Assembly: GCF_001194135.2 (NCBI RefSeq)
Contig: NC_069001.1
Location: 16,471,169 to 16,514,118, forward strand
Reading direction: 5' to 3'
Length of the DNA stretch: 42,950 nucleotides
From: Octopus bimaculoides
Lineage: Eukaryota
Under the pieces are notes generated by a model. That model was not told the DNA's origin. It searched no databases and worked only from the letters and a program-made list of their open reading frames with translations. Position numbers and translations under genes: made by a program. How positions within the stretch are numbered: the stretch's first letter is position 1; each line of letters begins with the position of its first letter. Shown in pieces: positions 1 to 11,474 of the stretch.

Positions 1-497
1 TTCTCCCAGTCAGTGTCGTCCTGCATGTCGCCGGCCTTTAATGAGGACTTGACACAGTCCTTAAATCGCAGCCTTGGTTTCTGCCGGAGTCTCCTTCCAT
101 TCACAAGTTCTCCATAGAGCATCTGCTTAGGAATCCTGCTATCCGTCATTCTAATAAGGTGTCCAGTCCAATGTAACTGGTGCTTGTGTACCATCGCCTC
201 AATACTCAAGATATCAGCTGTCCTCAGGACCTGTGTGTCTGGAATTTTTGAGGTCCAGCCAACATTGAGAATGTGCCTGAGACATCTCTGATGAAAGTGT
301 TCAAGGACCCTTACCTGGCATTTGTACAGAGTCCATGTCTCACATGAGTAGAGGAGCGATGTCAGTACACATGCACGGTACACAGCAACTTTTGTTTGCC
401 TTGTGATGCCATGCTGGGACCAGACACGAGACTGAAGAGACCGGACGGAATTAGTTGCTCTCTGCAACCTGAACGATATTTCCTCAGCCAGGAAACA
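1..497 (-). mobile_element. RTE-clade LINE ORF2 fragment (post-RT-core region)
   Basis: Open minus frame: EEISFRLQRA...RVWSQHGITRQTKVAVYRACVLTSLLYSCETWTLYK...FHQRCLRHIL...QLHWTGHLIRMTDSRIPKQMLYGEL...KPRLRFKDCVK...DWE. Confidence 0.9.
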
Positions 498-526
498 ATG
501 TATGTATGTATGTATGTATGTATATT

Positions 527-695
527 TGAGAGAACAATGCCTGTCATCGCCACAGATGGAGGAAGCAGGTTAAGGAGGGGATCGACACTTTTGAGAGAGC
601 ATGTATCCAGCATGAAGAACTTAAGTGAGCTGCGCGAAAGCGCACAACTCGTATAGTGAATGGGGAAAGCTTGGTCTGCAATGTTTGCAGTCATG
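527..695 (+). mobile_element. RTE-clade LINE ORF2 C-terminal fragment, opposite orientation to 1-497
   Basis: ENNACHRHRWRKQVKEGIDTFERACIQHEELK*AARKR...LVCNVCSH resembles the RTE C-terminus (DR..WR..V..G...FE, then the start of a C2H2-like motif). Confidence 0.75.
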
Positions 696-897
696 AGCAA
701 AAATTCAATCCAATGATCTAGTCTTCAGCAACTTGATAGTGCTTATTATAATAAATAACATCTAAACACACATATATTTTGGCATGAAGCAGCCCTGACT
801 CAATGGACATGTGAGCAATAATTTTTCCAGGTGTGATCATCCTCTTCCACCCCTACCTAAGGCACAGTGCACTCAGGACCACAAAAAAAAAAAAAAA

Positions 898-1093
898 GCC
901 ATATCCAGCCCAAATGTTTTATGTTGAAACTGACTAGATCTGGCCTCTCACACCTACCCTGCAATGTTATTCTAAAAATAAACAATCACATCATTGTAGC
1001 TTTGAAGCTTCAGGATAATGCATGATTAATTCAAAATAATGGGAATGAGTAAGCATTGCATTTAACAGAATATTCTGAATGCTAAAGGGTTAA
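898..1093. mobile_element. Partial TTAA-ended MITE (piggyBac-like); second copy at 11248-11474
   Basis: Ends in aatgctaaagggTTAA. Internal sequence aligns with 11248-11474, which begins TTAAccttttaccattt. Confidence 0.55.
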
Positions 1094-3000
1094 TGTGTCC
1101 TTTTTTTTTTTAAGACAGTATTTTTTTAATGAAATTTAGTTGTTGTTTCTAGCAAGTAGAGAATCCATTGGCAACTGGTACATTTCTTTACTGTTTAGTT
1201 TGATAGGGAAAGGTAGTGCTGCCCATGGAGAGTGAGGGAGGAAGTCATCCTAGAGAACAGACCAAAATGTTTGTAGCAGTTCAAAATATCCAACAACCAG
1301 GCAGTACAAAGAACTGAAGCAAACATTGCAAGGGGTTTGGGATGACCAGTCCATCATCTTGGATTAATATTCTCTGGAGTCAAATGAACCAACTACACTC
1401 TCTACTTCGTTTTTGTGCTTAAATTTGAAACTGTTTTTTTCGCCCTAGGTCAGCCCTGCTTGAGGAAATAAAAGGTAACTGTGACCATCCTCTCATCTAT
1501 AATAGTCAATGTGGCCTTGGTTTTCTTTTTTTTTTTTTTTTTTTTTTTAGGAGAGTAAGGTATAATTCGAGGGTGTTTTGTTGCTACTTCTAACAGTTCT
1601 GGACAACTGTCTTGTAATATTTAGCTGTCCTTTGCATTCTAAGTTCAATTTCTGTCAGGGCAAACTTACTTTCTATGCCATGTAGAGTTCTTGTTAGTGT
1701 TTAGGCCTAGATGAGCCCTGATTAAACAGATCTATTATAAAAGGCCTTCTACCTGTGTGATCTTCCTACCTTTTAATCAGACTTAATGAAGAGTCAACAT
1801 TATTGCCCTTTAGATTATATAAAATAACCCACCAATTGTATTTGTACAGTTCACTTTATTCTTTAACCCCTGCAATCTACATCCCCCACTCCTTGGACTG
1901 ATGTGAGAGATTATGAATTCAAAAATGGTTAAAGGTGGGTAGCCAAGATGGTAGAGTACTGTACATCTAAGAAAACTGGATCAGTTTTTCTTTTCTTCCT
2001 TTTGGGATTGATAAAGTCCCAGTGAAGTACCAGATGAAATGGTTGTGGTCAGAAAGTCTTTGATCAGATCCACTTCATCAGGACTGAGCTAGTTAGTGTT
2101 AAATAAAAACACTGTACCATGCCAAATGTTGTGACAGGTCAAGGGTGGGGGTGGTGGGGGTGGGAGATATTCAACAAATGCAGGTTGCAATCTTTAAAAA
2201 AATTTTTTTGCCATAAGTGCTTCCCATCCACTGCCTCTGGGCATATTAATAAACTGGTGCACTGGTGCACCTTCACCTTTGCTACATAGCTGCACAGTAG
2301 CACCACCATCTGCATGCTGTGCATTCCTGTTAATTCTGCAATGTCCCTCCCTCCTCTTCCTCTTACTTGTCAATCAATCACTACAGATATCAGCTTGCAG
2401 CAGCATCAGTTTGCTTCACTGATTGACTTAGTATATTCTTCTGTTTTCACTGTATCTCCTCTTCTTCCTCTTTCTCTCAGCTACTTGGTTGTTTTACTAA
2501 GAATGTTGTACTAATGCATCATTGTATGTATATATATATATATATATGTATGTGTAAATACACACACACACTTTCACTACTCTGATCATGTTTTACTTAC
2601 ATTTTACTAACAGTCTATCAATGTTGTACTAAGGTTTTTTTCCTCTTTTTGTATAACTGTTTCCTTCCAGTATCTTCATTATTCTACATTCTTTCACTCT
2701 CTTCTCTCATTCATGGATGTATATGTGTATTGCTTTTTCTCTTTTGTTACTTCTCTCTCTCCCTCTAGTGGTCTCTCTCTTTCTCTAAGTACTGATCAGT
2801 CAACATGCTAAAAATAATATCCAAATCTCACTCAAACCACACACTATTGAGAAAGATAGTTCAGTCGAGATAGACGATGCAGGAAGAACAATAAATAGAG
2901 AACATCTTTGATCATGGGCTTGCTGTTTGGTGGCTGACTCAGGGTTAAACTCCTGGTCTCGTCAGTTCTATTAGTGTAATAAAACTCAATGTAGATTATG

Positions 3001-3216
3001 TACAAGAGGGTGCTGAAAAGTTCCTGGCTTTAAGGGTATCAGGAAAGGCTTGGTTGGAGGCCCAACCTTCCAAGTTCTTTTACAGGGCTTAGAAAAACTG
3101 AAGGACCACTGTAATGTGTGAATTGAGAGGGGAATATGTTGAATACAATCATAATTAACTGATCCTCTTGTATGTTCTTTAACCCAAAACCAGGAACTTT
3201 TCAGTTCCCTCTCGTA
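3001..3216 (+). mobile_element. Mariner-derived MITE
   Basis: TA-flanked TIRs agagggtgctgaaaagttcctgg / ccaggaacttttcagttccctct. The interior encodes a mariner C-terminus remnant (GLEKLKDHC..C...RGEYVE). Confidence 0.85.
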
Positions 3217-3639
3217 AATGTATTGCTGTGTGCCAATTTTTTTTAAGGTCTTATGTTAAGCCCTGGTTTCTTGAACTAGGATTTTCTCAGTGCTGCACAG
3301 ATCACCTTAGACCCAGCTAAGGAGCTTTTATACAGTAACTCAAACTGCTAGAAATAGTAGCCAATTCTCTTTGAAATCACACTTCACCCTCTTAGAAGAC
3401 AGGAGGGCACATTTCTTGAATAGTCCTAGGCACATGTTCTAAAAAAATACAGAGGATCACATCTGAAATAGGTTTGTATCTCGAGTCTGCTCTATCAGGG
3501 GTAACCTTTCACTAAACAATATCAACCATCTTCTTAGAAAACCTGAATATGATGGTATAGGGGTGGGGAGTGTCAAAGGTTGACGACTGTAGTGTAATTT
3601 AATGTTCCCTGATTCTTGTAACATTGGTAGCATTGATTC

Positions 3640-3766
3640 CAGTTGGAGAGGTTTTTTTGCAAGAAAATTCTCATCAGACGACAAGGGAACTGGCAGAGAA
3701 AATGGAATGCTCCTACACTGCTATAGAGAAGCATTTTCACTCGATGGGAAAGGTTCAGAAGTATGA
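3640..3766 (+). mobile_element. Mariner transposase N-terminal (HTH) remnant
   Basis: QENSHQTTRELAEKMECSYTAIEKHFHSMGKVQKY resembles Mos1-type DAQTQKQLAEQLEVSQQAVSNRLREMGKIQK. Confidence 0.65.
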
Positions 3767-4377
3767 TCTGAAAATAAATAAAATACCACTATCAGATTGA
3801 TCTGCTGTACATTTCTGACAAATCTGTGGGTTATGTAATGTCTTTAGTTAGGAGAGGTCAACAGCTATGGCCATTTGGTCCTTTTCCTCTTCTCCTCTAA
3901 ATTCTTTTGAAGTTCGAAAGTGGAGTTGGTGGTGTGTGGGTCAAATTCCTTACACAGGATTGTCTTGATTTTCTATTTTTTAAACTTCCTATTCAACAAG
4001 ACATTCTTTCTAGCTGTGTGTGTGTTTACATATTTCTGTGTAGGTGGGATGAGGATAACTGTCAGTTGGCTAAACTTTCTTCTTCAAGTTTGTATTACAG
4101 AAAAACTAAGCAAATCTAATTAACATTATTATGTCTTCTGGAATTTTCTCTTAGAGTCCCACACCACATTATATTGTAGGGGTGAGGTTGTCTCACTGAC
4201 ATAACTGCTATCATTGATCCCTTATTTGATTAACTCATTGGTTCTGAACTGAGGTCCATATAAGATTTTGTTGTTAACGTTTATGTACAATAAATTGGTT
4301 ACACTTCTACAATTAATAAAATATTTTGACAATTTTTTTTTTATGCAATTCCTTGTATTTGATTATAAAAATACAGT

Positions 4378-4578
4378 ACTCTTTACTCTTTTACTTGTTT
4401 CAGTCATTTGACTGTGGCTATGCTGGAGCACTGCCTTTAGTTGAGCAAATCGACCCCAGGACTTATTCTTTATAAGCCTAGTACTTATTCTATCAGTCTC
4501 TTTTGCCGAACCGCTAAGTTACAGGGACATAAACACACCAGCATCGGTTGTCTAGTGATGTTGGGGGGACAAACACAG

Positions 4579-4615
<37 letters not shown>

Positions 4616-4779
4616 ATGGGCTTCTTTCAGTTTCCATCTACCAAATCCACTCACAAAGCTTTGGTCAGCCCGAGGCTATAGTAGAAGACACTTGCCCAAG
4701 GTGCCACGCAGTGGGACTGAACCCAGAATCATGTGGTTGGTAAGCAAGCTACTTACCACACAGCCACTCCTACGCCTAT
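4378..4779 (-). mobile_element. tRNA-derived SINE (about 400 bp family), full length
   Basis: Minus-strand tRNA-like head with A/B-box-like motifs (ggagtggctgtgtggtaag ... ggttcagtccc), central TA/CA microsatellite and a gtaaaagagtaaagagt tail. Homologues at 8980-9148(+), 9196-9540(-), 16013-16333(-), 19775-19920(+), 29788-30062(+), 30146-30325(-). Confidence 0.85.
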
Positions 4780-4792
4780 AAAAGAAAAGAAC

Positions 4793-4890
4793 ACTTACAG
4801 CACCTAGGTTTCCCAAGTGGTCACCCATCTAAGTACTAACTAGGCTCGATGTTGCTTAACTTCGGTGATCGGACGAGAACCGGTGCTGTC
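4793..4890 (-). pseudogene. 5S rRNA pseudogene fragment, 5'-truncated
   Basis: Reverse complement ...gcaccggttctcgtccgatcaccgaagttaagcaacatcgagcctagttagtacttagatgggtgaccacttgggaaacctaggtgctgtaag matches metazoan 5S including the internal promoter region. About 20 nt of the 5' end is missing and there are several substitutions. Confidence 0.85.
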
Positions 4891-7800
4891 TGCATCGGAT
4901 GGCTTTGGGGGTCAAGTAGAGTAAAATAGAAACCAAAGGGGTCCATAAACAAAGAATGGCTGAAAACCACTGGTTTAACTTAGTTGCAGGGGAATTTCAT
5001 GACTTTCATGTCTTCTTAAGGATGTCAAAGATATTTGTAAGAAAAAAAACCCCTTTGGTGAGAATGAGAACTGGTTGAAATTGGTCATTGCTTGAGTTCA
5101 TACTGATATTGATGGTGATTGTGATAGTGATGATGTTTGTTGAGTGTGATGATGTTTTCTAATATTCATAGAAAACCACAAGTTTGTAAGGTGAGAGCCT
5201 TGCAAGAAATAGCAGTTAAAATCACCTTGGACCACACTATATCTTTAAAAAATAGATTATTGGATAATCTAGTTCTTTAAACATTGAAAAATAAAGTTGG
5301 GTAGTTGTGGCGGAAATGTGATCTTGGTGTGATTTGAACTCATGTAACACAAATCTGCCATTTTGTTTCTTGTTCTACCAATTCTGTGTTTCCACTGTCA
5401 TAATTAGTAAAGATGAGTTTTGACATAGGCACAAAGTAGTCAATTAAATCAATCCCAGTATCAACTGGTACTTTAATTTATCAGCTCTGGATGGATTAAA
5501 GGCATGATTTGACTTGAAAACAAGAGTCCTGGAACAAATATTGCCAGGTATTTTGTCCATCACTCTATCGATTCTGACTGGCATTTGGTGACAGGTTTTG
5601 TGCATTATATTCCCATTGCCAGTACTTAATTGACTCCAAAAAGGATGAAAAGGTAAAATCAGCTTCAATGAGATTTTAGTTTAAATGTAACAGGGCACAT
5701 TTACATATTACAAACTATTCTCTCTCTCTCTCTCTCTCCCCCTCTCTACGAGTCTGCCAATACACTATCACTCTCCCATAATAATAATTTTAGCACCAAG
5801 TCCAGCAATTTTGAAGGGTAGGGGAAGTCAATTACATAATTACTGGTACTTATTTTATCTAACCAGAAAGGATGAAAAGCAAACAATAATAACTCTCTCT
5901 ACTTTAGACAAAGGCTTGAAATTTTGGGAGAAAGGACTAATTGACTACATCAAACCCAGTGGTGAAGTGATACTTATTTTGACCCCCACAAAAATGGAAG
6001 GTAAAGTCAACCATGGTGGAATTTGAACTCGGAGCATACAGCCAGAAGAAATGCTGTCATGCATTTTTACCCAGCATACTAACAATTCTGGCACCTTGCT
6101 AGCTTAAAGAATAATAATTAAAGGAATCTGTGATAATTTCATGTTCTTCTATGCTGTTCCATAAATTTCTAAATCTCCATCAAATTTTGTTAAAGATTTT
6201 TGCTATGTATGTCCTTCCATAGTTTTTGGCTTGTTAAAAGTGTAACACTTCTGCACATATCATAACAAGCACTATGATAGGGGTGATGATGATGATGATG
6301 ATGATGATGATGGTAATGGCTGTAATTTCAGAAATCTGTATTAAGTAAAGATAGTAGTCCTCCCCACCCACAACAGACTAATATCACTTGTGGAGCAGCA
6401 GCAGCAGTGGTTTATATTATTCTTTGGCAGAGTGCCATTCCACATCTACCTGAAAACCTTGATTCTCTTCTTTATGTAATAATTCTTACTCATCTTGGGT
6501 TATCTCCATTGTAATTTTCAGCTTTAATCTTTTTCCACCTTCATATCCTGCATAAATAATCACTACACACTCTTTCTCTCCTTTCTCCTCCTCCTCCCTT
6601 CTCATCTTCACCTTCTCTCTTATATTTATCTTCTTGTATGTACTCCCTCTTTCTCTCCTCCTCCTCCTCTATAATCTGTACTACCCAGAATCCTTAAGCA
6701 AGACGCACTATCTCTTGTCTGTATATGCAGTTATAGAACTTCCCATTCTTGGTTCCAATAAGTGTTTGTTTTTGCACTATCTTTTTCAATGAAGTGAATC
6801 TGCATCACTCATTATCACTGTAAACATCACTGAAAACTAGGTTTTTGAGTTAGATTGTGTTGCATTTCTGGTAGAAACATCAGTTGTTCCTTGCAGATTC
6901 TTTCATTTACAATTTAAAAAAAAAAAGGCAAAACTCCATCTTGTCTTTCTTTCTACCAGAATATTTCAGAGACAATGAAGGTGTGTCAGCCATCCGTGCC
7001 AATTCTATTTGAAATGTCTTGAAATGTTGCTTCATTCTACTCACTGACTCCCTTCCGCCAGTGAAATTTTATTTCACTTCTAAATGTTGGCAAAATTGTT
7101 AGTGAGGAAGCACAAAAATACCTTGTGGTCCTTGCTCTGCCTGTGTTTTGAGTTTAAACTATACCAAGGGCAATTTTAACTTTCGTCCTTTCCAGATTGA
7201 TGAAATAAGGAGCCAGTTAAGGGGAGGAGACTGGTTGTATTTTTAAAATAGGAAATGAGATACTTTGTGTCGGTTCTGGTTCTTTGTATTTTGATTAAAT
7301 GTGAGCTAGATTAACCCCCACTCTCCCCCACTGAGCTTTGGTTGTGTTTAGCCTGTTGTGATTTAATCCACCCTGTTGCAGGGACTTGTGTCAAGGTCAC
7401 CAGTTTAAGAATTTTGTCCCAAAGGCCATGTGTATGGATTTGACCTTCCCTCTCATCTAAAAAAAAAAGAATTTCTTGAATAGTTAAGTATATTGGGCAT
7501 GATGAGCTAGTAACTAAGTCAACAAACATGGTGTTGATAACATGTTTGTTGACTTCTTAGGTTACATATTGACATATATAACCTACAAATGGTTATGTGC
7601 ATGAATAGGATCAAGTTTCACTCACTACGGTTTGGTGCTTCCATAAAAATGATCTGTCTTTTATTTGGCTTGTATTATTTTGAATTTGGTCAGTTGTTGC
7701 TTAGGACCCACTGAAAGTAAAAAGTTGGTAGAAAGCAGGCTTTTGTTTCAAAGTGATCTAACTGTTGCCGTGTTTCATAGGCAAGAGTTAAGTTTGGTGG

Positions 7801-8147
7801 GTTGGTGATTAACAACCACTGCAGACAGTGAAACCACCTTTTATCTCTATGGTAACAGAAATAATGCACACCTGGATAAGAGCAATAAGAATTGGAAATA
7901 AAAAAGAGAAACACACACACACTTGTATATAGTAGAAAATGTGTGTGTGTGTGTGTAGATATGTATATTTGTATGCATATATATGTGTATATATGTATGT
8001 AAAATGTATATGTGTCTATATATGTACATGTTTGAATGTATATATATATATTTGTGCGGTTGTGTGGTAAGAAGTTTGGTAACAAGCTTCTCAACCACAT
8101 GATTAGAGTGAAATATAATCCAGATAGGAAGACAGAGTTAATCACAT

Positions 8148-8271
8148 CTTTAATGACCAGTTACAATTGTTTATGTACTAACTCTGTTTTCAATACCAAT
8201 TCATGTGAAAAGTCATATAATATTTATGGTTTTCAACACTAGAGTGACACTTCTTCAGACTGGCATCAAAG
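8148..8271 (-). ncRNA. Hammerhead-ribozyme-like motif (type I topology), probably decayed
   Basis: On the minus strand: stem I 5' arm ctttgatgccagt, CTGAAGA, short stem II region, GAAA, long stem III region, GTA, then stem I 3' arm actggtcattaaag (13 bp, 1 bulge, 1 GU). Stems II and III are imperfect. Confidence 0.45.
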
Positions 8272-11247
8272 GTACACTCTTACATTGTGCATCTACCAAA
8301 TGCTGTGTTTTGCTTGTATCCAGAGGAAACAAAAAGTATGAATAGAGATAAAAAATGAAATTGTGGAAAGATAGACAGCAAATGCAATGTCATTACGAAA
8401 GCTGATAAAAATGGTTTGGAGGAGGAGAAATGGAAGAGGAAGATGAGGGTAAAGTTGGAGGAGGAGAAGAAAGAAAAAGCAAAAAGGGAAAAAGGAAGAA
8501 TAGAAAATAGAAAAGTTAAGCTGGACAATGAGTGATGTCACCATTGCCAGTACCATGCCACAATGGACAAGTGAGTAGAGTAATATTGGTGAAGTTCCAC
8601 TCTAATGTGTAAAACCACAAATATTATGTAGCTTTTGTGTGAATTGGTGTTGAAAACAGTTGTTGTAGAAACAGTTGTAGCTAGTCATTAAAGTCTCTTC
8701 ATTGTCCACAAGTTACCTGGCAACCCTGCAGGTGTCGGTGCCATGCAAGAAACACCAGCTCTGGTGTCACTTAAAAAGTAGCAGTGCTGGTGCCACATAA
8801 AAAGCACCCAGTACACTCTGACTGGTTGGCATTAGGAAGGGCATCCAGCTGTAGAAACCATGCCAAAGCAGACAATGGAGCTTGGTGCTGCTCCCTGACT
8901 TGCCAGTCCCTGCCAAACTCTCCAGTTCTTGCCAGCATGGAAGACACATGCTAAATGATGGTGATATATGATATTTATGTATGTGTCTTTGTGTTTGTCT
9001 CCCACCACTGCTTGACAACTGGTGTTGATGTGTTTACCTCTCTGTAACTTAGCAGTTTGGCAAAAGAGATCAATAGAATAAGTAGTGGGGTTGATTCATT
9101 TGGATAAAATTCTTCAAGCTGTAGTCTGACTGAAACAAGTAAAAGATGTGTATATGTATAAAGTATGTGTGTATATATATTTGTCTTTTTTTTTTCTACT
9201 TGTTTCAGTCATTAGACTGCGGCCACATTGGGACACTACTTTGAGTTTAGTTGACAATTCCAGGTAGTTTTTCTGTTAGTCTTCTTTGCCAGACCACTCA
9301 GTTATGGGGGTGTAAACAAACCAACACTAATTGTCAAGTGGTTCTGGGGGACAAGCACACACATAGGTATATATACACATACATGACAGGCTTCTTTCAG
9401 TTTCCATCTACCAGATTCACTCACAAGGCTTTGGTTTGGCCAGGGCTATAGTAGAAGACACTTGCCCTAGGTACTACACAGTGGAGTTGAACCTGGAACC
9501 ATATGGTTGAGAAGTGAGCTTACCACACATAGTGCCTATATGTATATACCTATGTGTGCATGTATGTGTATATATATGTGTGTGTCTACACACCATCACA
9601 CAAACTGCAAAAATGAAGATAAATTTTATCTTCATTTTAACTGTATTTATATTTTGTTACACACACACACACACACGCACAGGGGGTGAGTGGGTAGTTT
9701 CCTGTAATTGAGTAATTCCTGATATCAGTCGATAACATTTTATCTGTGTATATGGGTGTTTAGTGATGAAGTGGGGTGGCATCTAAATCTGTTAGTGGTG
9801 TGTAGGTGTATAGGGGTGGGCTATCTAGATATGTTAGAGGCATAAAGGTGTAAAGGAGTGGATTTAGTTGCATAAGGGTGGAGTGGGTAGCTGGATGTAA
9901 CTTTGCACACTACATGTGTACATGCACATGTGCATGCACACGCACATGCACAGTTTTAATTTGATGTTAGCAAATTAGAACCAGTTACATTCCCCTCCCC
10001 CTGTGCCACCCCCACATCTTTGTCTTGAACATATTACTTGAATATTCTGTTTGTGCAGTCAAAGTTTATGTGGTTGTTATGTGGCGCCTCTCCACTCCAT
10101 TTTGGTGATGGGAGTGGAGTGCAATGGCTGTTTTGTGGGAGAATGTGAGTAGACAAAGATGAGAGTGGTGGCACTGTAACAGATGATGTGAATGACAAGT
10201 TACTGCTGAGAGTGTGAGATGGATGGTCACGTGTGTTTTAATCGAAGTACTTGAATCTGGTTTAAAGAGGTAGAAATTTGAGGTAAACTTTACAAGTGTT
10301 TTTCTTGTAACCCATGCAGACATGGAAAATTAGAGGTAAAACAAATGAATGTGTGTATACATATATTTTTTAATAAGCTCACTGGTGATTTGTGACACTA
10401 GTATCTGATTAGGCACTGGATTATATATGTATACCACTGCAGAGAAATCGCTGCTATCTCCAGCTTTTGAGCATCTACCATTGATGAGGCCAAGGAAGTC
10501 TGAAATTACATGATCTGGTAGTCTCAATGGTGATGGCAGAAGAATATCTCCTACTAGCAGTATAAACATGAGTGCTTTAATGCACCATAAGTCCATGTGA
10601 GATGTTCTTTCATGGTAACTATCGCAATATTCTGTTCTACCACAACATCCAATTTTGAGTGGGGATAGATATTACCATTTGGTATTAATACTGCTTCCAC
10701 TGAGAGCTCATGTCTGTATGTGTGTGTATACTCAGAACTAGGTGAACTAGGCTGATGAGAGCAAAGTTACTTAGTCTTTGATATAGTACAATACCAGTGA
10801 TGATCACAAACCATTAACTTCTTGACCAGTTGACCTATCAATGGAAACAGGCACTAACATGATTTTGTAAAACAAGGTCGTAGTCAAAATCATTTTAAAA
10901 ACTGTCAAACTAATTTGAGTTCTCTGACTTCTATATCTTGTCTCTAATTAAATTTGGCATCTTTAATTACTTGTTGTATAGCCCCTGGACAACACTGGTC
11001 TTGCTTCTCTTTCATACAAGTAATCACCTGAGCAACTAGGTATGATCTATAAGTCTTTTGTTTTCAGTTAGAACGTTTGTATCTATGTCAAACTTCCTTA
11101 TTGTTAGCATTGTTTTCATCCAATATCTTCAACCATTTTAAAGATGATAGGGAGGTAGAATTTGATGGTTATGTAGAATCTGGTTGCTAATCACACAAAA
11201 GTCTCTTTTCCTCTGATAAAAGGTGACGGCAGATGTGGTGTGGCCTT

Positions 11248-11474
11248 TTAACCTTTTACCATTTAAACCAGCCATATCTGGCCCAAATGTTCTACCTCTT
11301 TTATGTTCAAACTGGCCAGATTCAGCCTCTCCCACCTACCCCACAGTGTCATTCTAAAAATAAATAACATCTTCAAAGTCTTGAAGCTACAAGATAATAC
11401 ATAATTAATTTTTAAAGATGTGGACAAATAAGCATTACATTTGACAAAATAATGTGAATGCTAAAGGTTTTGAA
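11248..11474. mobile_element. TTAA-ended MITE (piggyBac-like)
   Basis: Degenerate terminal inverted repeats ttaaccttttaccatt ... aatgctaaaggttttgaa. Homologous to 898-1093. Confidence 0.55.

Larger units (their letters stand above)
4236..4972. mobile_element. hAT-type MITE interrupted by a SINE and a 5S fragment
   Basis: Ends cattggttctgaac ... ggctgaaaaccactg. The two halves (4236-4377 and 4893-4972) align with the uninterrupted copy at 27270-27492. Confidence 0.65.

Noticed and set aside
4891-4912. Apparent 5' end of the 5S (agccatccgatg on the minus strand)
   Set aside because: It matches the host hAT MITE sequence (catcgaatggct in the copy at 27270), so the 5S is truncated and not a functional gene.
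7690-8145. ORFs rich in Y/I/H/T or C/V/Y (also 15265-15516, 25273-25524, 38190-38453, 40856-41128)
   Set aside because: Translations of (TA)/(CA)/(TG) microsatellites.
10070-10600. Possible CR1-like LINE remnant or coding ORFs on the minus strand
   Set aside because: No diagnostic motif could be recovered. It is probably an old repeat but I cannot classify it.
10841-10870. ATGGAAACAGGCACTAACATGATTTT as the missing first exon (ME...HDF-like)
   Set aside because: CATGATTTT is out of frame with the ATG by 1 nt, the frame stops at TAA after 9 codons, and there is no ELSF motif or donor site.
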